The position numbers and the translations under genes are program-made. Source: Epiperipatus broadwayi (lineage: Eukaryota; Animalia; Onychophora). From it: a stretch of 64,000 nucleotides of DNA. Location: positions 10,788,001 to 10,852,000 of the forward strand of contig JAQFVV010000003.1 in the NCBI GenBank assembly GCA_028023455.1, in the 5' to 3' direction. The notes beneath the pieces were generated by a model. It had not been told where the DNA came from. It was given only the letters and a program-made list of their open reading frames with translations, and made no database searches. Numbering within the stretch: the stretch's first letter is position 1; every line of letters begins with the position of its first letter. Shown one piece after another: positions 1-13,545 of this stretch.

Positions 1-440
1 CATCATTTATTAATATACAGAGAATGGAATTAAAAGTGATTAATTAAGATCTTCACATTTTCATTTCTAAATGCATAATATTGGTCTATATTTAGGTTTT
101 ACAAAAAGGTGAATTCATTTTTATCTTTTGAAAGACTATCTTATGTTTAGAAAGTAAGAGTATTCCTTAGCTTATAAATTCATACAGCATATATGTCAGA
201 GATGATTCCCTTAGGCTATTACATTTAATACTAACATGGAGTAAATTGAAATAATTTCACAAACATTATCACTGATTAATAAATTATTGTTGCTAGATGT
301 ATATTTGTTTTTCATTTCACCACATATATCTTTTAATCACTTGAATAGGCATTTGAGAACGATAAAATGTCTATTCATGTGATTAAAAAGTATATGTGAT
401 GAAATTAAAAATATAAGTCTCACAATAATAATTTATTAAT

Positions 441-1950
441 CAGTGGCAGTCTCATTTTATGAGGTAGATAGGTTCCACAAAAAACACGCATAAAAGAAAT
501 CGCACAAAAGTAGACTTAACTTACATTGAAAAATGTGGGATATGTTCCATAATTTTCAAAAATCATATAAAAGCAAAGCAACAATGTAAAATTACTTTAA
601 AATTTGCATTAAAAAAAGGAAATAAAGTATGAGTAATAAAAAAATTCAAATATTTGAAAAAAATTGATACAAGACAAACTTTTTTTATTAAGTATTTAAT
701 TTTATTCAAAACAATGTTTTTATGTATAATTTATTTTACATTTTTTCAAACATATTTTAATCATTATCACTATATGCAGATATGTTTGAAAACTGATAAA
801 TCAGATTCATCACAAGAGGAAATACAATTAGCGTTAACTTCAGTCTCATGCTGTATTTAATAAGTGCATCATCTGAAAATTTTAATTTATGGCTTCAAGC
901 CACTCTAAAACCATCATTATTGTAGTGAATTTATGGTCTTTTTAAAGCTTAAAATGTACCATAAGGTGCTGATTTGTTGCTGCTCATTTTGAACCAAAGG
1001 GAGCACTTGACATTCAAAATGAAAATGTATATTTTAGAGTATTTTTTCCATATTTTTTTCCATATAAATTATTTTGATAAAATCTGCTGAAAATATAATT
1101 ATTTTAGAAAAATAGTTAAGATTTTAGTAAAAATTATTTACTTTTGCATGAACAAATAATTATTTTAAAAAAATAGTTGATTTAGTAAAAAATTTTTACT
1201 TTTACACGAATGTAAATTGTGAAAAAAATCAATGACATATGCAGCATTTTCTAATAGGTTACGAATGTTCTTTTTAGGTTATCCACTATATAATATTTTT
1301 ATAATTATAAATAGAAATTTATTTTTGAAAAAACTTCACTTTCATAATCTGACAAATTATTAATTTGCTTTTTAAAAATTAATCTAATATTAAAAGGCGA
1401 ATATATTTTTACTACTGATTCTGTAATTGAAGCCATCAAAAGTTTAAAATTTTAATTCACCCAGCCAATAAAAAAATTTTCAGTCTAAAAGTTAATGGTT
1501 TTCTGTCAACAATATAATCGGTGATTAAGCTTTGAGATGATGATTTTATTAATTATTTATGAAGCTCGCTATATCCAGACATACAATTATTTATCTCATT
1601 GAAATTTAAGACATCACTCATAATTCATGTCTTTAACAAGAAAATGATTGTCCAAGTCATTAGAAAATTTAAGACTTTCTCGAATCATTTTTGCTGTGAA
1701 ATGATTGGGTTCCAATTTTGTTTCATCATCTTTTTCTAAATCTTCTACACTATCTAAATTTATTGCCAAACCTTTTTCCAACAGCCATTTAAAATATGTA
1801 AAATATAATGTGTGCATATAAAATGGGGAAATCCCTATTTTAAGTGAAATATGAACTTCTTTATCACATGAAAGAAAACTGCATGAAAAGATATTAAGAA
1901 GAAACATGAATCGCATTTAAAAAATATGCATAAAACGAGATCCGGGTGTA
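441..1950 (-). mobile_element. Tigger/pogo-like DNA transposon remnant (internally deleted)
   Basis: Imperfect terminal inverted repeats: CAGTGGCAGTCTCATTTTATG at 441 and CACCCGGATCTCGTTTTATG on the minus strand from 1948, followed by TA. ORF 1614-1916(-) ends ...EPNHFTAKMIRESLKFSNDLDNHFLVKDMNYE*, continuing CLKFQ*EINNCMSGYSEL, which resembles the Tigger transposase C-terminus. Confidence 0.55.
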
Positions 1951-1984
1951 TTTTCTATTCCTAATCAACTTCTATTTTTCCAGA

Positions 1985-2640
1985 TTTTCTGATTTACTAA
2001 ATATGCTTTCACAAAGAAAGAAATATTAAAGAAGTACTCAAAAATTTAACGTTCAGTTGATTTTCTCAGAAGAAAATAAAAACTGATAATCATGAATTAG
2101 AAATTAGCAACTACAAATACTTGGTAAGATTATTAATACAGAAAGCCATATAATGAATAAAATTAATCATAGAATTAAACTTGGACAGAACACTTGGTAG
2201 AAACAATTTAATATTAAAAGGAAATATAGTTATGTGTTTGCAAAGGCAGGTTTTTAAAAAATATGTTTTACCAGTTCTTACCTATAAATGTAAAACTTGA
2301 ACACTTAGTAGAAGAACAACTCAGATGACTCAACAAAGTATAGATTTATATTAGAAGTAACCAGAAGAGATCAGAAATAAAATACATGGTGAGAAAACAA
2401 ACAGGCATCATTTAAAGAATTAAAATACTGAAATGGAGCTGGACTGGACATATTGCTTAAAGAGATAATAATAGACAGTAGAAGTCTTAAATTGGATCTC
2501 AAGAAATTTAAAAGATCCAGAAGATGTCCATATATGAGATGAATGGATGAAATAAGAAAAATTGCTGATGTGCTGTGAAAAGAAGATTCTAGAGATATTA
2601 GATTAAATTTGGAGAGATCATCTGGCAGTGGATCGATAAT
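1985..2640 (+). mobile_element. RTE-clade LINE, decayed 3' fragment
   Basis: Broken frames give KWSWTGHIA..., VLNW...KRSRRCPYMR*MDEIRK. The DNA is similar to 43550-44060 and to 55750-56150(-). Confidence 0.6.
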
Positions 2641-5470
2641 GGTTGAAAATAATGTGTAAGTGTATTATAATGCTTCTCTTTACCAATAGGAAAGACCAAG
2701 TTATATTTCAATGTTGTTTTTCAATTATTCAAAACATTAATACTAACTAAATGATTCTCTTCTCATGGTTCTGAAATCTTTATTTTTTTTATCCAAAAGT
2801 AATTATATCTTCATTTTTGATTAATATTAAAAGGCTCAATGAGGTTTAGTACAACATTTAGGAGCTTCCAGCTAAGGAAAGCTAAATAAAATCTATTTAG
2901 TCAAGAAATATAGCAGTCTTTTTACTATATTAGAATTTGAATGTCATTTCATCTATCTTTCAAGCAAAAGAATCATGTGATTATTGTTTCTTTATAATGA
3001 CTCGCTAAAAACCTCCCAGCTTCTCTGTTTGAATTTGAATCTTAGTTGAGGCACATAGCACTATTAGAAATTAATTATAGGATTAAATGTACTTATTAAC
3101 TTAAAAGCATTTTTATAATTCATGTTTTAAAATATATAATTAATTAAAAGTGGAGTGAAAAAGAGGGAAAGCAAACTAGGCTAACTTAAGAATGATCTCA
3201 TGTGACTTTTTGCAGAAGTTATGTGATTTGGAGCACATAGTGGTAAGTCGAACAGACCAGTTCCATTTTTATTTAATATATATGTTAATCAGCTAAGAAT
3301 TCATTCTGGAACTTTTAGGTCTAAGCCCGCCATTATCTCACTATATTAAAAAGTAAAATGCAACATAACAGAAATCCCCTTCTGATGAAATATATTTTAA
3401 TAGCATTTTATCACACACACACATATATATACAATATGTATATTGTTTATGTATTTCATTTATTTAAAAACAATAGAGAGAGGAACCTAATTTAAATATA
3501 TTCACTAAAAATAATAGTTTGATTGCATTTATTAGTCATCTCATATCTTTTTCTTTTTTGTTTATTAAAGGTAATAAAAAAGATATAAAAATTGTCTATA
3601 AACATGGCTAAAAAAGGAAAACAGAAGTTAGCAGCTTTACAAAATATTTTAAAATTCATCCTTATTATTATTTCCCTTTTAGTAAAAAAGAGGAGGGCTT
3701 TATTAATTAATTTTCCTCTAAATTTAACATTTACACTTTTTTTATATTGCTATTATAGTTTAACGGCAGACATGTAAATCCAGGCAATAAATATATATAA
3801 CTAGATAAAATTCTGATACTTTCAACTCCAGCAAATTTTTTTTCTTCAATTTGTAATAATTTGTGTGTTGCACAGAGAAAAAAATTATTTTTAATTATTA
3901 CTTCGAACATATGTACAAGTTAAATACTGTTCAGCAAAACTAATAAAATCATTTTAAATTTTGAAAAATACCTACATAATACAAAACAGAAATGATTTTA
4001 AAATATTTTCTCAGCAATGAATGACAGTATAACTTAGCAACTGATTTTTTAACCCAACTACGGATTCGTTGATATCTTTATACTGTGTAATTCATTACTT
4101 CTGGCTATCCTCACTTACACGGTGATAAATTTTATTTCTGAAAATAAGATCAGGGACTATGTGCCACTGAAAACTGTCTGGGAAAGCAAAATCCACAAGT
4201 TTTATAGTTAAACTGGAGAGAGAGGGGGGGGTTGAATATCTCACATAAAAACCATTTATCTATTCATTAAGATATGAATAAAGACATTCAGCTTGATTAA
4301 GTCAAAACAACTTTTTATAATCTTAAAAATGAAAAGTTCACAGAAATTTTAAATTATGGTGGTGATATATTAGCTTCGAAAATATTGGACTTTTAAAAAA
4401 ATATATGCTCCTATGATGTTGTGCCACTTAATCTTAAGATGCTTATATTGTTCCAACGTTTAAAAATAAAGAAAATAGACAAGATTATCATGAAATATCA
4501 TTATTATCTAATGGAACTTTCAAAAATTTTGTTGAATATATTGATTCCTGTCATAAATGAATCAGAGATTTGCAAAAAAAAAAAACTGTCAGAAATGAAA
4601 AAGTGATGTATTAGGAACACGAGTGCTTCTATTGACAATTCATTCATGCCAATACCTGTAAATGCATCTTATGTATAACCAAATAATTTTTAGATCAACA
4701 GGAAAGTTGCCAGTATAAGGAAAATTAATCAGATCTAAATTTGATTTACTTAAATATGATTAGAATTGATATTTATAATGATGATCAAATCTTATATCAC
4801 TTATATAGTGGCTTTGTGCAAAGTATCCAATTATATAACTTGATTACTATACATCAAATCATCTCAATGTGTCACACTCAACAGTCATCCATAAGTATTT
4901 TAACATATGGGGTTTGAACTACATTAATACCAACTTAAGGTGGTATTTTTTCTAAGAAAGAATATCTACGGATAAACTATTCTTTGCCAGCATTATTACA
5001 GTTTTTTCAAGTAACAACCCAATCTTTCCTTTAGCTCAGAATATGAATTCTTAAGTTCTATTATGAATTGTTCTGAATGTATTTGGAATGACAACAATGA
5101 GTGTAGAATGGCACAGACAATTTATTTAAATAAAGTTGGTTTATTTATTATTACAGTTAATAATTCCTTTTTTTAAAAAAAAAATTCCAGTTAACATTTA
5201 AATTCAAAAAGCAAATTTTCATCCAAAAAAAAAAAAAGGAACATATATCTGACAATATATTAGGCATTTTAATGATGTAAAATATTCTTTATGAAACAAG
5301 GAAAAGGCAAATTATTCCCAAAGATAATCAAGAGTTAACATATAATCATAATATATATCATAATTTGTTGTTTCAATCAGATTTTAGGCAACAAACATAT
5401 TTAATTCTGTGAAAATATCTTGTGAGATTCTTAATGTGGTAAATAAAGATAGAACTAAAAAGATGACAAT

Positions 5471-5508
5471 ATTCAACTAAAGTAATGGCTTCAACTAAAG
5501 TAATGGCT
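5471..5508. repeat. 18-bp tandem duplication
   Basis: ttcaactaaagtaatggc occurs twice in direct succession. Confidence 0.85.
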
Positions 5509-5625
5509 AGGCAAGATACAATAACAATAATAATGATAATAATAACAATAGTGAAAAATTAAAAAAAAAAAAATTTCTTACTAAAATGTGGAAATTAAAA
5601 AAAAAAATGAAGTTAGTTGACTCAC

Positions 5626-5715
5626 CATTTCCTTATGATTTGGGTAATAGGCTTGCTCTATCAATGGAAAATTATCTTTACCTAGTTTTTTCTGGATTTG
5701 AATTAAATACGCGAA
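5626..5715 (-). CDS. Syn: Synapsin coding exon (equivalent to vertebrate exon 5), 90 bp, phase 0/0
   Basis: tttttgcag|TTCGCG...GAAATG|gtgagt translates FAYLIQIQKKLGKDNFPLIEQAYYPNHKEM, matching the synapsin C domain (human [30 protein letters not shown]). Confidence 0.97.
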
Positions 5716-8637
5716 CTGCAAAAATAAAAATAGCTTTAATATCTATAATAACTATAACTAAAAACAGTAATAAATTCAATAGTCAAAAACCAGACAAATT
5801 AATGAGTCTTTTTTTGAAATATATATCATGCAAACGAAATGCTTAATTATTATAAAAGAAGGCAAATATCAAATTAATTGATGACTTCTGAGTTGTCATT
5901 ATATATTTACATACAAACATAAAATTATATATATATATATATAATGTAATAAAAGAGAAGTAAGAAAATCATATCCATATTTCTAAATTCTGTTTGAACA
6001 GATGTTTTATGATGTCAAAAAACCTATAACAAAGAGCTATATGATAGAGGAATAAAAGTACTTGATCATTAATATGCAGCTTAATGTAAAAACTCAGAAA
6101 ATTTATGTTAATCAATGTTTGGATAAAATAAAGTGAACAACTGTTATATTGGCAATTTACTTTTGGCTTCATGGAACACAGATAAGGACATACATATCAA
6201 TGTAACAAATATCTTGATTTTAAACAAAATCCTATTTTGGTATACTACCAACTAAGTTTTTTGATAACAGTAAATATGATTAATTTACAAACAAAATTTG
6301 AATAATGTCTATATTAATTTGCTTTTATTTATCATCTCTCTAATACAGTTTATAAATTTTAAGAGACTATAACAAAAAGTATTGAATATGTCTGAATTTA
6401 AAAAAGATCAAATTAGTAGTGCCAAATTAGTTGTATATATTGCTATATGAAGTATTTAATACTTCAAGTTAATAGTCTCAAGAGTGAAATATTCTCTAAA
6501 GAAAGGTGAACATAGTTAAAAAAGAACTTAATTAAAAATAAATTCATACTAAGAGTGATTTATTAAACATTAAAAAAAAAAAGTTAAGTCCATAGTGAAA
6601 GAAAGAGCCATAGAAATCAATATTCATTTGAACATTCACATTTCTAACAAAATAGTCTATTGCAAAGTTTGCAAACAATATCTATGGCTGAGATGTAATT
6701 TCCAAGTTACTGATTTCTGATGTAAATTTTATATCACAATAGTGGTGATGTCACATGATCAGATACATCATCACTTAAACTTTTCCAAACACCTGGAAGA
6801 ATTGCTTCCAAAAGAAACACATCAATCAGATTTTCTCCTGATTGTAAACAGTAGTGAAAATATGATTTGGGAAAACACAATATAGCTTTCTTTTGATCTA
6901 ATTATTATCTGCATAAACATATCAAAGCTGCACAATATTTGAATATTTTGAGGAATCAAGTTCTAGTCAACACTACTATCTTCAAAAATATCAATGTTTT
7001 AATGTATTCAATCCACATAATCAAATATGTATTTAAAAACATAAATAGAATGTTATATATCTCATTGCTGTCCAAATCATCCAATTTAAATATTGTTGCG
7101 CCTTTGTGGGCCATTTTATTAAAGACAAAAGTTATTTAATCACTCTGATATCTTTCTGAAAATTTGAAACTTTTCTCCATAAAAAATAGCTTAATATTTT
7201 CTTAGACACTATTCAAATTTTTTTCCATAAAAGAGTGCAAGCAATTGTTAATGCCTTCAACCTGGGGTGGATAATATACCAATCATGATCCTTAGTAGAT
7301 CAACAAGAAATTTTGAAGTGACTGCCTGAATTAAGAAATAATAATGGTGATAAACAACAAGTACAACTACTGTAGGTAAAAAAAGATTTTTCATAATTGA
7401 GATGGCGGTGTGTAGTTGGCCAAGCTAGCAGATAAATGTACCAGATGACAGTGCCTTGATTCAAAATGCACAATGATATATATATACTGATTGTAAATAC
7501 ATTAGCTCGAATATGTTCACTGAACAACACAAAGGTGCAATTGGCAGAATTAAATAACATTCAGTCAATTACATAGCTAATAACTCTGTTTTTTTATTGA
7601 GACAAGTGTATATATTTAAATAGTTTACCATAAAAAATAAAAACAAAACAGAATTTTCTCACATTTTAAAAGAAGAGTGTAATGTTTGAAACAAGTGCAA
7701 ATGAAAAAAAGATATATTATTTTAATGTACAATGGTATGAACAATTTTTCTTCACACTGGTGAATGCAAAATGTGTCTTATATATGTCTTGCAAATATGT
7801 TATTTTCCCCCCAAAAAAGGAAACATCAAATGACATTTTAAAGTACACATGTGAGTTTTGATAAAGATTTTCCATTAAAAAATGAATTATGCAAATCAAA
7901 GTTATTCTTTTAAATCACAACCAGCCAACAATCATATTTTATTAAACCCATCATTAAATCTAAAGCTGCAATAGTTGTATCAGTTCAAGTGAGTTATGAG
8001 AAATGATAAAAAAAAAAAAAGCATTCCTAAAAACTAGTGATTTGTTATTTGATTCATTCAAGACTAAAAATAAAATTATTTCTGCAATTAAAGTCATATA
8101 ACATTTCCTTAAAACTATCAAGTTTATTATTATCTCATAAAAGATCACTTAAAATGCTGTGCAAGAATAGTGGTTAGAAATTGCATATAAAGATATTCAA
8201 AATTTGTGGACTGTTTGCAGTGCAAATCTCCCACAGCATTATAAATTTTCATCTTGGAAGTTTTTTTTATAATAAATTAATATTACTTTCATTAGTTGAT
8301 ATTATTTGTAATTATTATTATTACACTGTAATATATAAGTGGTGGACTGAGAAAATTACAAGTAGCTCTTGCCCTGCAAAATTCTGTTATCCCTACTTTA
8401 AACCATATGGAAGAAGTTTTCATTATTTAATCCAATCTTCATATTTTTAAATATAATCCTGTTTAAATAAATTGTACCATTTTTCGCAAAATAAGACACT
8501 GTCTTATATTAATTTTTGCTCCAAAACCCACATTTCTTTTTTTTTTCACCCACAAATCTACATTTATTTATGTATAAGAATCTACATTTATTCAAAACAG
8601 TAATTGAGGAATTATGAGATATGTCACAAAAAATTAT

Positions 8638-8850
8638 AGGAAATAAAATTCTGAAATTGTTTATTTCACATGAGGATATAAAGTCTGTTATAACACATGA
8701 TGTATATAATAATAAAGTTATGGTAGTAATTCCAAAATATGCAGCAAAAAATTGCAGGAAATAAAATTCTGAAATAATTTCTTTATTCCACATGAGAGTA
8801 TAATTGTAAGAAAGTCTATTATAACACATGATAGTAATTCCAAAACATAA
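8638..8850. repeat. Diverged ~110-120 bp tandem duplication
   Basis: Two copies of ggaaataaaattctgaaat...cacatgag...aagtct.ttataacacatgat...tagtaattccaaaa. Confidence 0.7.
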
Positions 8851-9200
8851 GTCCTTCTAGTTAATTTTTGTTTTAAAAGAAAAATATATAATGAATTTTA
8901 CTTTATAGTAAATATTTTTCTAGCACCAGAGTTTGCATTCTGATTGATTATTTGTCAGGCTTACAATCAGATGACTTTAGAGCATCTGTACATTGTCAGA
9001 ATGGGTGCTGCTATAATTTTATCAAAATGCATTTGCAAAACAATGAAATATCATTTGTACAGCATTTTCTTTCCAACTAGGGCTTACTTTCAGGTAGGGT
9101 TTATATTACAAACATTCTTAAAAATTGTGCTATTTTCTGGTTATGCTTATTTTTGGAGAAATACAGTACTAAATGATACAAAACAATGATAAACTATCAC

Positions 9201-12200
9201 CTCAGAGGGCTTGAGACAAGTGATGTCCTGGAATTCAATGGGCTCTCCTCATTGCAGGAGCTCAATGGAACCTGAGGAACAAATTGAATCGTAAAAAGAT
9301 TGATGCGCAGATTAGAAGACTAGCCAAAACACCATCGTCATGCAACTTAACATCAGTGGCATGAATGTCAGAGGATTAAACTCCTTGGATAGACTATATG
9401 CCCTGCAAAAAATGGTTCAATAATAGTCAGATGCATATAGCATGCCTCAGTAAAATCAAGCTTCATTTGAATACCAATAGTAAAATAATACAAATCCTTG
9501 ATCAGTTTGGGTTCTTTCAGTTCTATCCATCAAACACAGCCACCTCAGGTATTGCTATTCTCATTAATAAACAACTGAACATTGGAAGAAGCAGAACTTT
9601 ATACCTTAACAATGATTTAATTATAATAGAAATCACAATCTCTGGAATGTCATTAATTCTAATTTATGTCTACATGCAGAGGGACTCCAGGCAGATCGAC
9701 TTCACAATAGGCAGGATCAACTCTATTTTTGCATCAGCAGTGCCACATGTCATTCTTTTTGGGGACTTCAACATGGCCTATTAACAGTTAAATCAAAGAT
9801 ATTTGCATAAACTCAACAGAGTGCTGTTATGTGGAGAGGGGTGTTTTCCCATCAATGCATACTCATTTTACACATGGCAGCACAAAACCCTAATTGATTT
9901 ATTTTATTATAGTCCAGAACTTTATCATGAACTGCATGCTTCATTGTAAATTGTTCAATTCTCTGATCATCTGGCTATGTTGATTTCTCTTCAACTGGAT
10001 CCCATATCACTAACCCCCTCATGCCAAATCAAAACAATAAGAATGATTAACAAGGCCAGCACACCTGAAAGGATCTTCTCAGAAGCTTATATTCTCTTCC
10101 ACAAGATCCAGCTCCTCTCATTGTCACCTCTTGAGGCTTTTTCAGTATTTGTAGGAATACTTAGTTCCCTTATAAACAATTTCACCCGAACCAAAGGCCC
10201 AAATAGGCTGCTCAGGGAGCTGGATTTTATTGGCAAGAGAGTCAATTAATTATCATCAATTGATGCTGGAATTGGGGAGATCATATTGTTAAAGAAACAG
10301 TACAGGGAGAAACAGAGGGTGCTTGCACAATATGTTGCAACAAAGAGGGCCAAGATCTATTTGGAAACACAACAAAATTGGATATGGAGCTACCTGAGAT
10401 GGGCCATTGGTGCTACAAAAAGGCCTACCCCATCATTAATCCACATAGACAACCATAACTACTCTGGGGCTGCAATGCTAGATAAGATCCATGAGCACTT
10501 CAAGAGAAAACTCCAAAGTCAAAAGTTTGACATCAGTAACATCTGGGATAATAAACAAGAAGTTAGTTAACACAATATAACAGAGGAACAAATCAGCCAG
10601 AAGCTTCAATCCTATCCTGAACATGTGCATCCTGGCCTACATGGCATTCCCCAATTTGTATTGCTGCACCTTAGCCATTTCACAGCTCCAATAGTACGGA
10701 GAGTGGTTGATATGCTGGCCAGGGACTTTCAAAGTGTTCCCAACCTGTATCCAATTGCTCTCGTACCATACATGAAAAAATCCACCAACCCATCCAGTTT
10801 ATCTAACATTAGACCTATTTCAATGTCCCCACTAATCATCAAGGCAATTGAATCATTGGTTAAGGATAGGATCCAGCAGCAGTTACTTACAAGAATCTCT
10901 GTACACCAGTTTGCTTGCAAAGGCTCATCCACCATTGAGGCAGTGCAGCACTTCATGCTGCTGGTGGAGCATATAAGATCACATAGAAAATCAGGGCCTG
11001 TTGTTGTTCAGATAGACTTTGTGGCTGCCTTTGACTCCGTGATGCCAGCAAAATTGCTATCCTTGCTAAGGCACTATGGAGTACCTATTGTCTATGTTAA
11101 AATCATTGCTAACTTGTTGCTAAACAGGTCAATTCACATATCACTTGATGGCTCCCTGTCCCCTGGTTTCAGACTGCATCTATCAATCCCCCAGGGTTCC
11201 CCACTAAGTACCCTCTGTTTCATTACCTACCTGAATCCTCTACAAGAAGATGTGGAAAAAGAACTACCAGGAGTCAGTCTTTGTGCTGGCACTAAGAGAG
11301 GAATTCCACCACATTTCATATGTGGATGATGTTACCATCTTCCTCCCTTCTGAGAAATACCTGCCAAGGCTATACCAACTGCTGGACAGATATGCTGGCA
11401 AATTCAATCTGGATATCAACCCAGACAAATCTATGGTCTGGAAAATCAGTAGGGGTGTTAAAGTACCATCAAGATATATGGGAAATCCACAGAAATTTCG
11501 TGGTTTCCCGATGGCCCTCTCCAAAACAGCAATGAGGAGGGCCATCAAGCAGGATCTTTTGGACAAAACCAAGAAGATAACAAACTCTCTCTCAAAGATA
11601 TCTCTCTCACTCCCAGGCAAGGTGGCATTGTTAAATATGATGGTGTTTCCATGTATAAACTACTACTTGCCCATCTTCAAACCAGCCAAGGGATTTCAGG
11701 ATCCTATAAATTCAGCCTGCACCAAGATGATGTGGAAGAGAAAGACTGTATCCATCAGTCTGGACAAGGTGCAGAGACTATATAACCTGAATGGACTTGG
11801 TCTCCATGCTGTCAAGGTGTTTTTTGTTCAAAAAGCACTTTCAATGCTCAGAAAAATCCACAATAAAAGAGAACAGGATCAGAGTGAAGACTCTGTGGAG
11901 CCCACAGATACACCACCACCCATACCCAGTAAATGGATCAAAGAGCTACAAGATCAACTGGGAACTCTATTTTCAGTTACTGAGCAAATAGAGAAAGCTA
12001 AGCAAACATACTGGGAAGTGTACAAACTCCTTTTCCCAAATCAAAACCCGATATCTACCTGATTAAGACTGTCAGTGAAACAAATGCTCAGGAAGTCAAG
12101 ATACTGGTGGATAGGACCAAAGCTGGTTGATTTTATAATCAAGTTTAACTTGTCCTCTTTGCCCACCAGTCACTTTTTGGTGATGCAAAGAGGATTTTGT

Positions 12201-12704
12201 CAAATAAGCCCCATGTGTAAACTTTGTAATATGCATGAAGAAACACTGGAGCACATCTTCTATGCTTGTTCATACTTGAGTTACTCTAGAAACAAAATTA
12301 TTGCAAGCATTTCCTCTGGCTGTGGCAATGTCCTGTCAATTGATTGAGCAATTAAAGAAGGAAACTATGCAACTATCAGGCTAGCAGCATGCCTACTACA
12401 TGCCTTATGGATCACCAGGTGCCAACACATCTTAAGACAAGGACATAGTAATCCTTGGAGAACTTTTTAAAAAAATACTAATAAGCATGAAGAACAGAGA
12501 TCACCTTCTTGTGCCAGAGCTTCTCTCTGTAAACACATGGCCCAGATTATCATATCTGATGATGAGATGACATCTCAGACTACTGCTAAATATTATGATG
12601 ACAATGCCACACAGATTGGTTGCAAAGCTTTGAACTTCTATGTGAAACCATTGTAATTGCCAAATGTAGCTACCTGACACTGTAAATTTTTTCTTAATAA
12701 AAAA
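9201..12704 (+). mobile_element. 5'-truncated L1/Tx1-type non-LTR retrotransposon with A-tail and 10-bp TSD
   Basis: AAACTATCAC flanks both ends (9191-9200 and 12705-12714). The 3' end is TTAATAAAAAAA. A broken ORF2 carries APE, RT and a C-terminal zinc finger. Confidence 0.93.
9340..12480 (+). pseudogene. ORF2 (APE endonuclease - reverse transcriptase - zf-RVT), frameshifted with stops
   Basis: Motifs in order: MQLNISGMNVRGLN (APE start), ILFGDFN, NIRPISM, QIDFVAAFDSV, IPQGSPLS, YVDDVTIF, CKLCNMHEETLEHIFYAC. Confidence 0.92.
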
Positions 12705-13248
12705 AAACTATCACTAAAATCAATTATAAGTAAAAATCAATTCTTAATGAGAAGTTATAGTTTATTGCTTAATAACCTTTACCTGTTTCTGCACAAAAAA
12801 TAATATATATACATAAACACAGAGAGCCATAGTAATAGGGCAGGCAAACAAGTAGTCACCATTTGATATGGAAGAGAATGGAATGATGTTACATTATTCT
12901 GATGCACATTTATTTCATCCATTTTGAACTTTATTTGAAATTTATACTATCAGTGGGCATGCATTGTTTGCTCTGTAAGTATGCCTGGAAGCCAATTAAC
13001 TATTAACTTGTTTTGTGATAGAGATTAACAAGTATTTGGCTTGTCTAGAAGTACAAATATCTTATCATGGCTTTGTATATAAATATATCTTGAATTTCTG
13101 CCATAATATTATACTAATATAAAAAGAAATACTAAAACAGAGTTTAAATATGTTTATTGAATTATTATCACCAACTATACTTTCAATGCTTTCGCGTCAT
13201 ATTTATGGTTATTCTGCTGGGAAAAAAAAACACTTTTTGCTGATTGGA

Positions 13249-13269
13249 ATATATATATATATATATATA

Positions 13270-13351
<82 letters not shown>
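13249..13351. repeat. Compound (TA)n(GA)n microsatellite
   Basis: Read directly from the sequence. Confidence 0.97.
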
Positions 13352-13353
<2 letters not shown>

Positions 13354-13483
13354 AATAAATCTATGTTTTAATTAGATAAATATATAAATAACAAAAATAA
13401 GATAGATATATTAAAATCTAATAGCTTAATAATCTTCAAAAACTTATTTCAATACAACTAAAAACAATTTTGCATATGCGTAA

Positions 13484-13545
13484 TAATACTTTTTACATTA
13501 GGAATCTACTCAAATAATACTTTTTACATTAGGAATCTACTCAAA
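13484..13545. repeat. 31-bp perfect tandem duplication
   Basis: taatactttttacattaggaatctactcaaa occurs twice. Confidence 0.9.

Noticed and set aside
4119-4137. 19-nt minus-strand micro-exon with strong splice signals (ttttcag / gtaagt)
   Set aside because: It would shift frame and reads K-stop after the NHKEM exon; no similarity to the next synapsin exon.
12553-12585. CTGATGA followed by a perfect hairpin TGAGAT-GAC-ATCTCA near the LINE 3' end
   Set aside because: It is followed by GACT rather than GAAA and has no helix III or stem I, so it is not a hammerhead.
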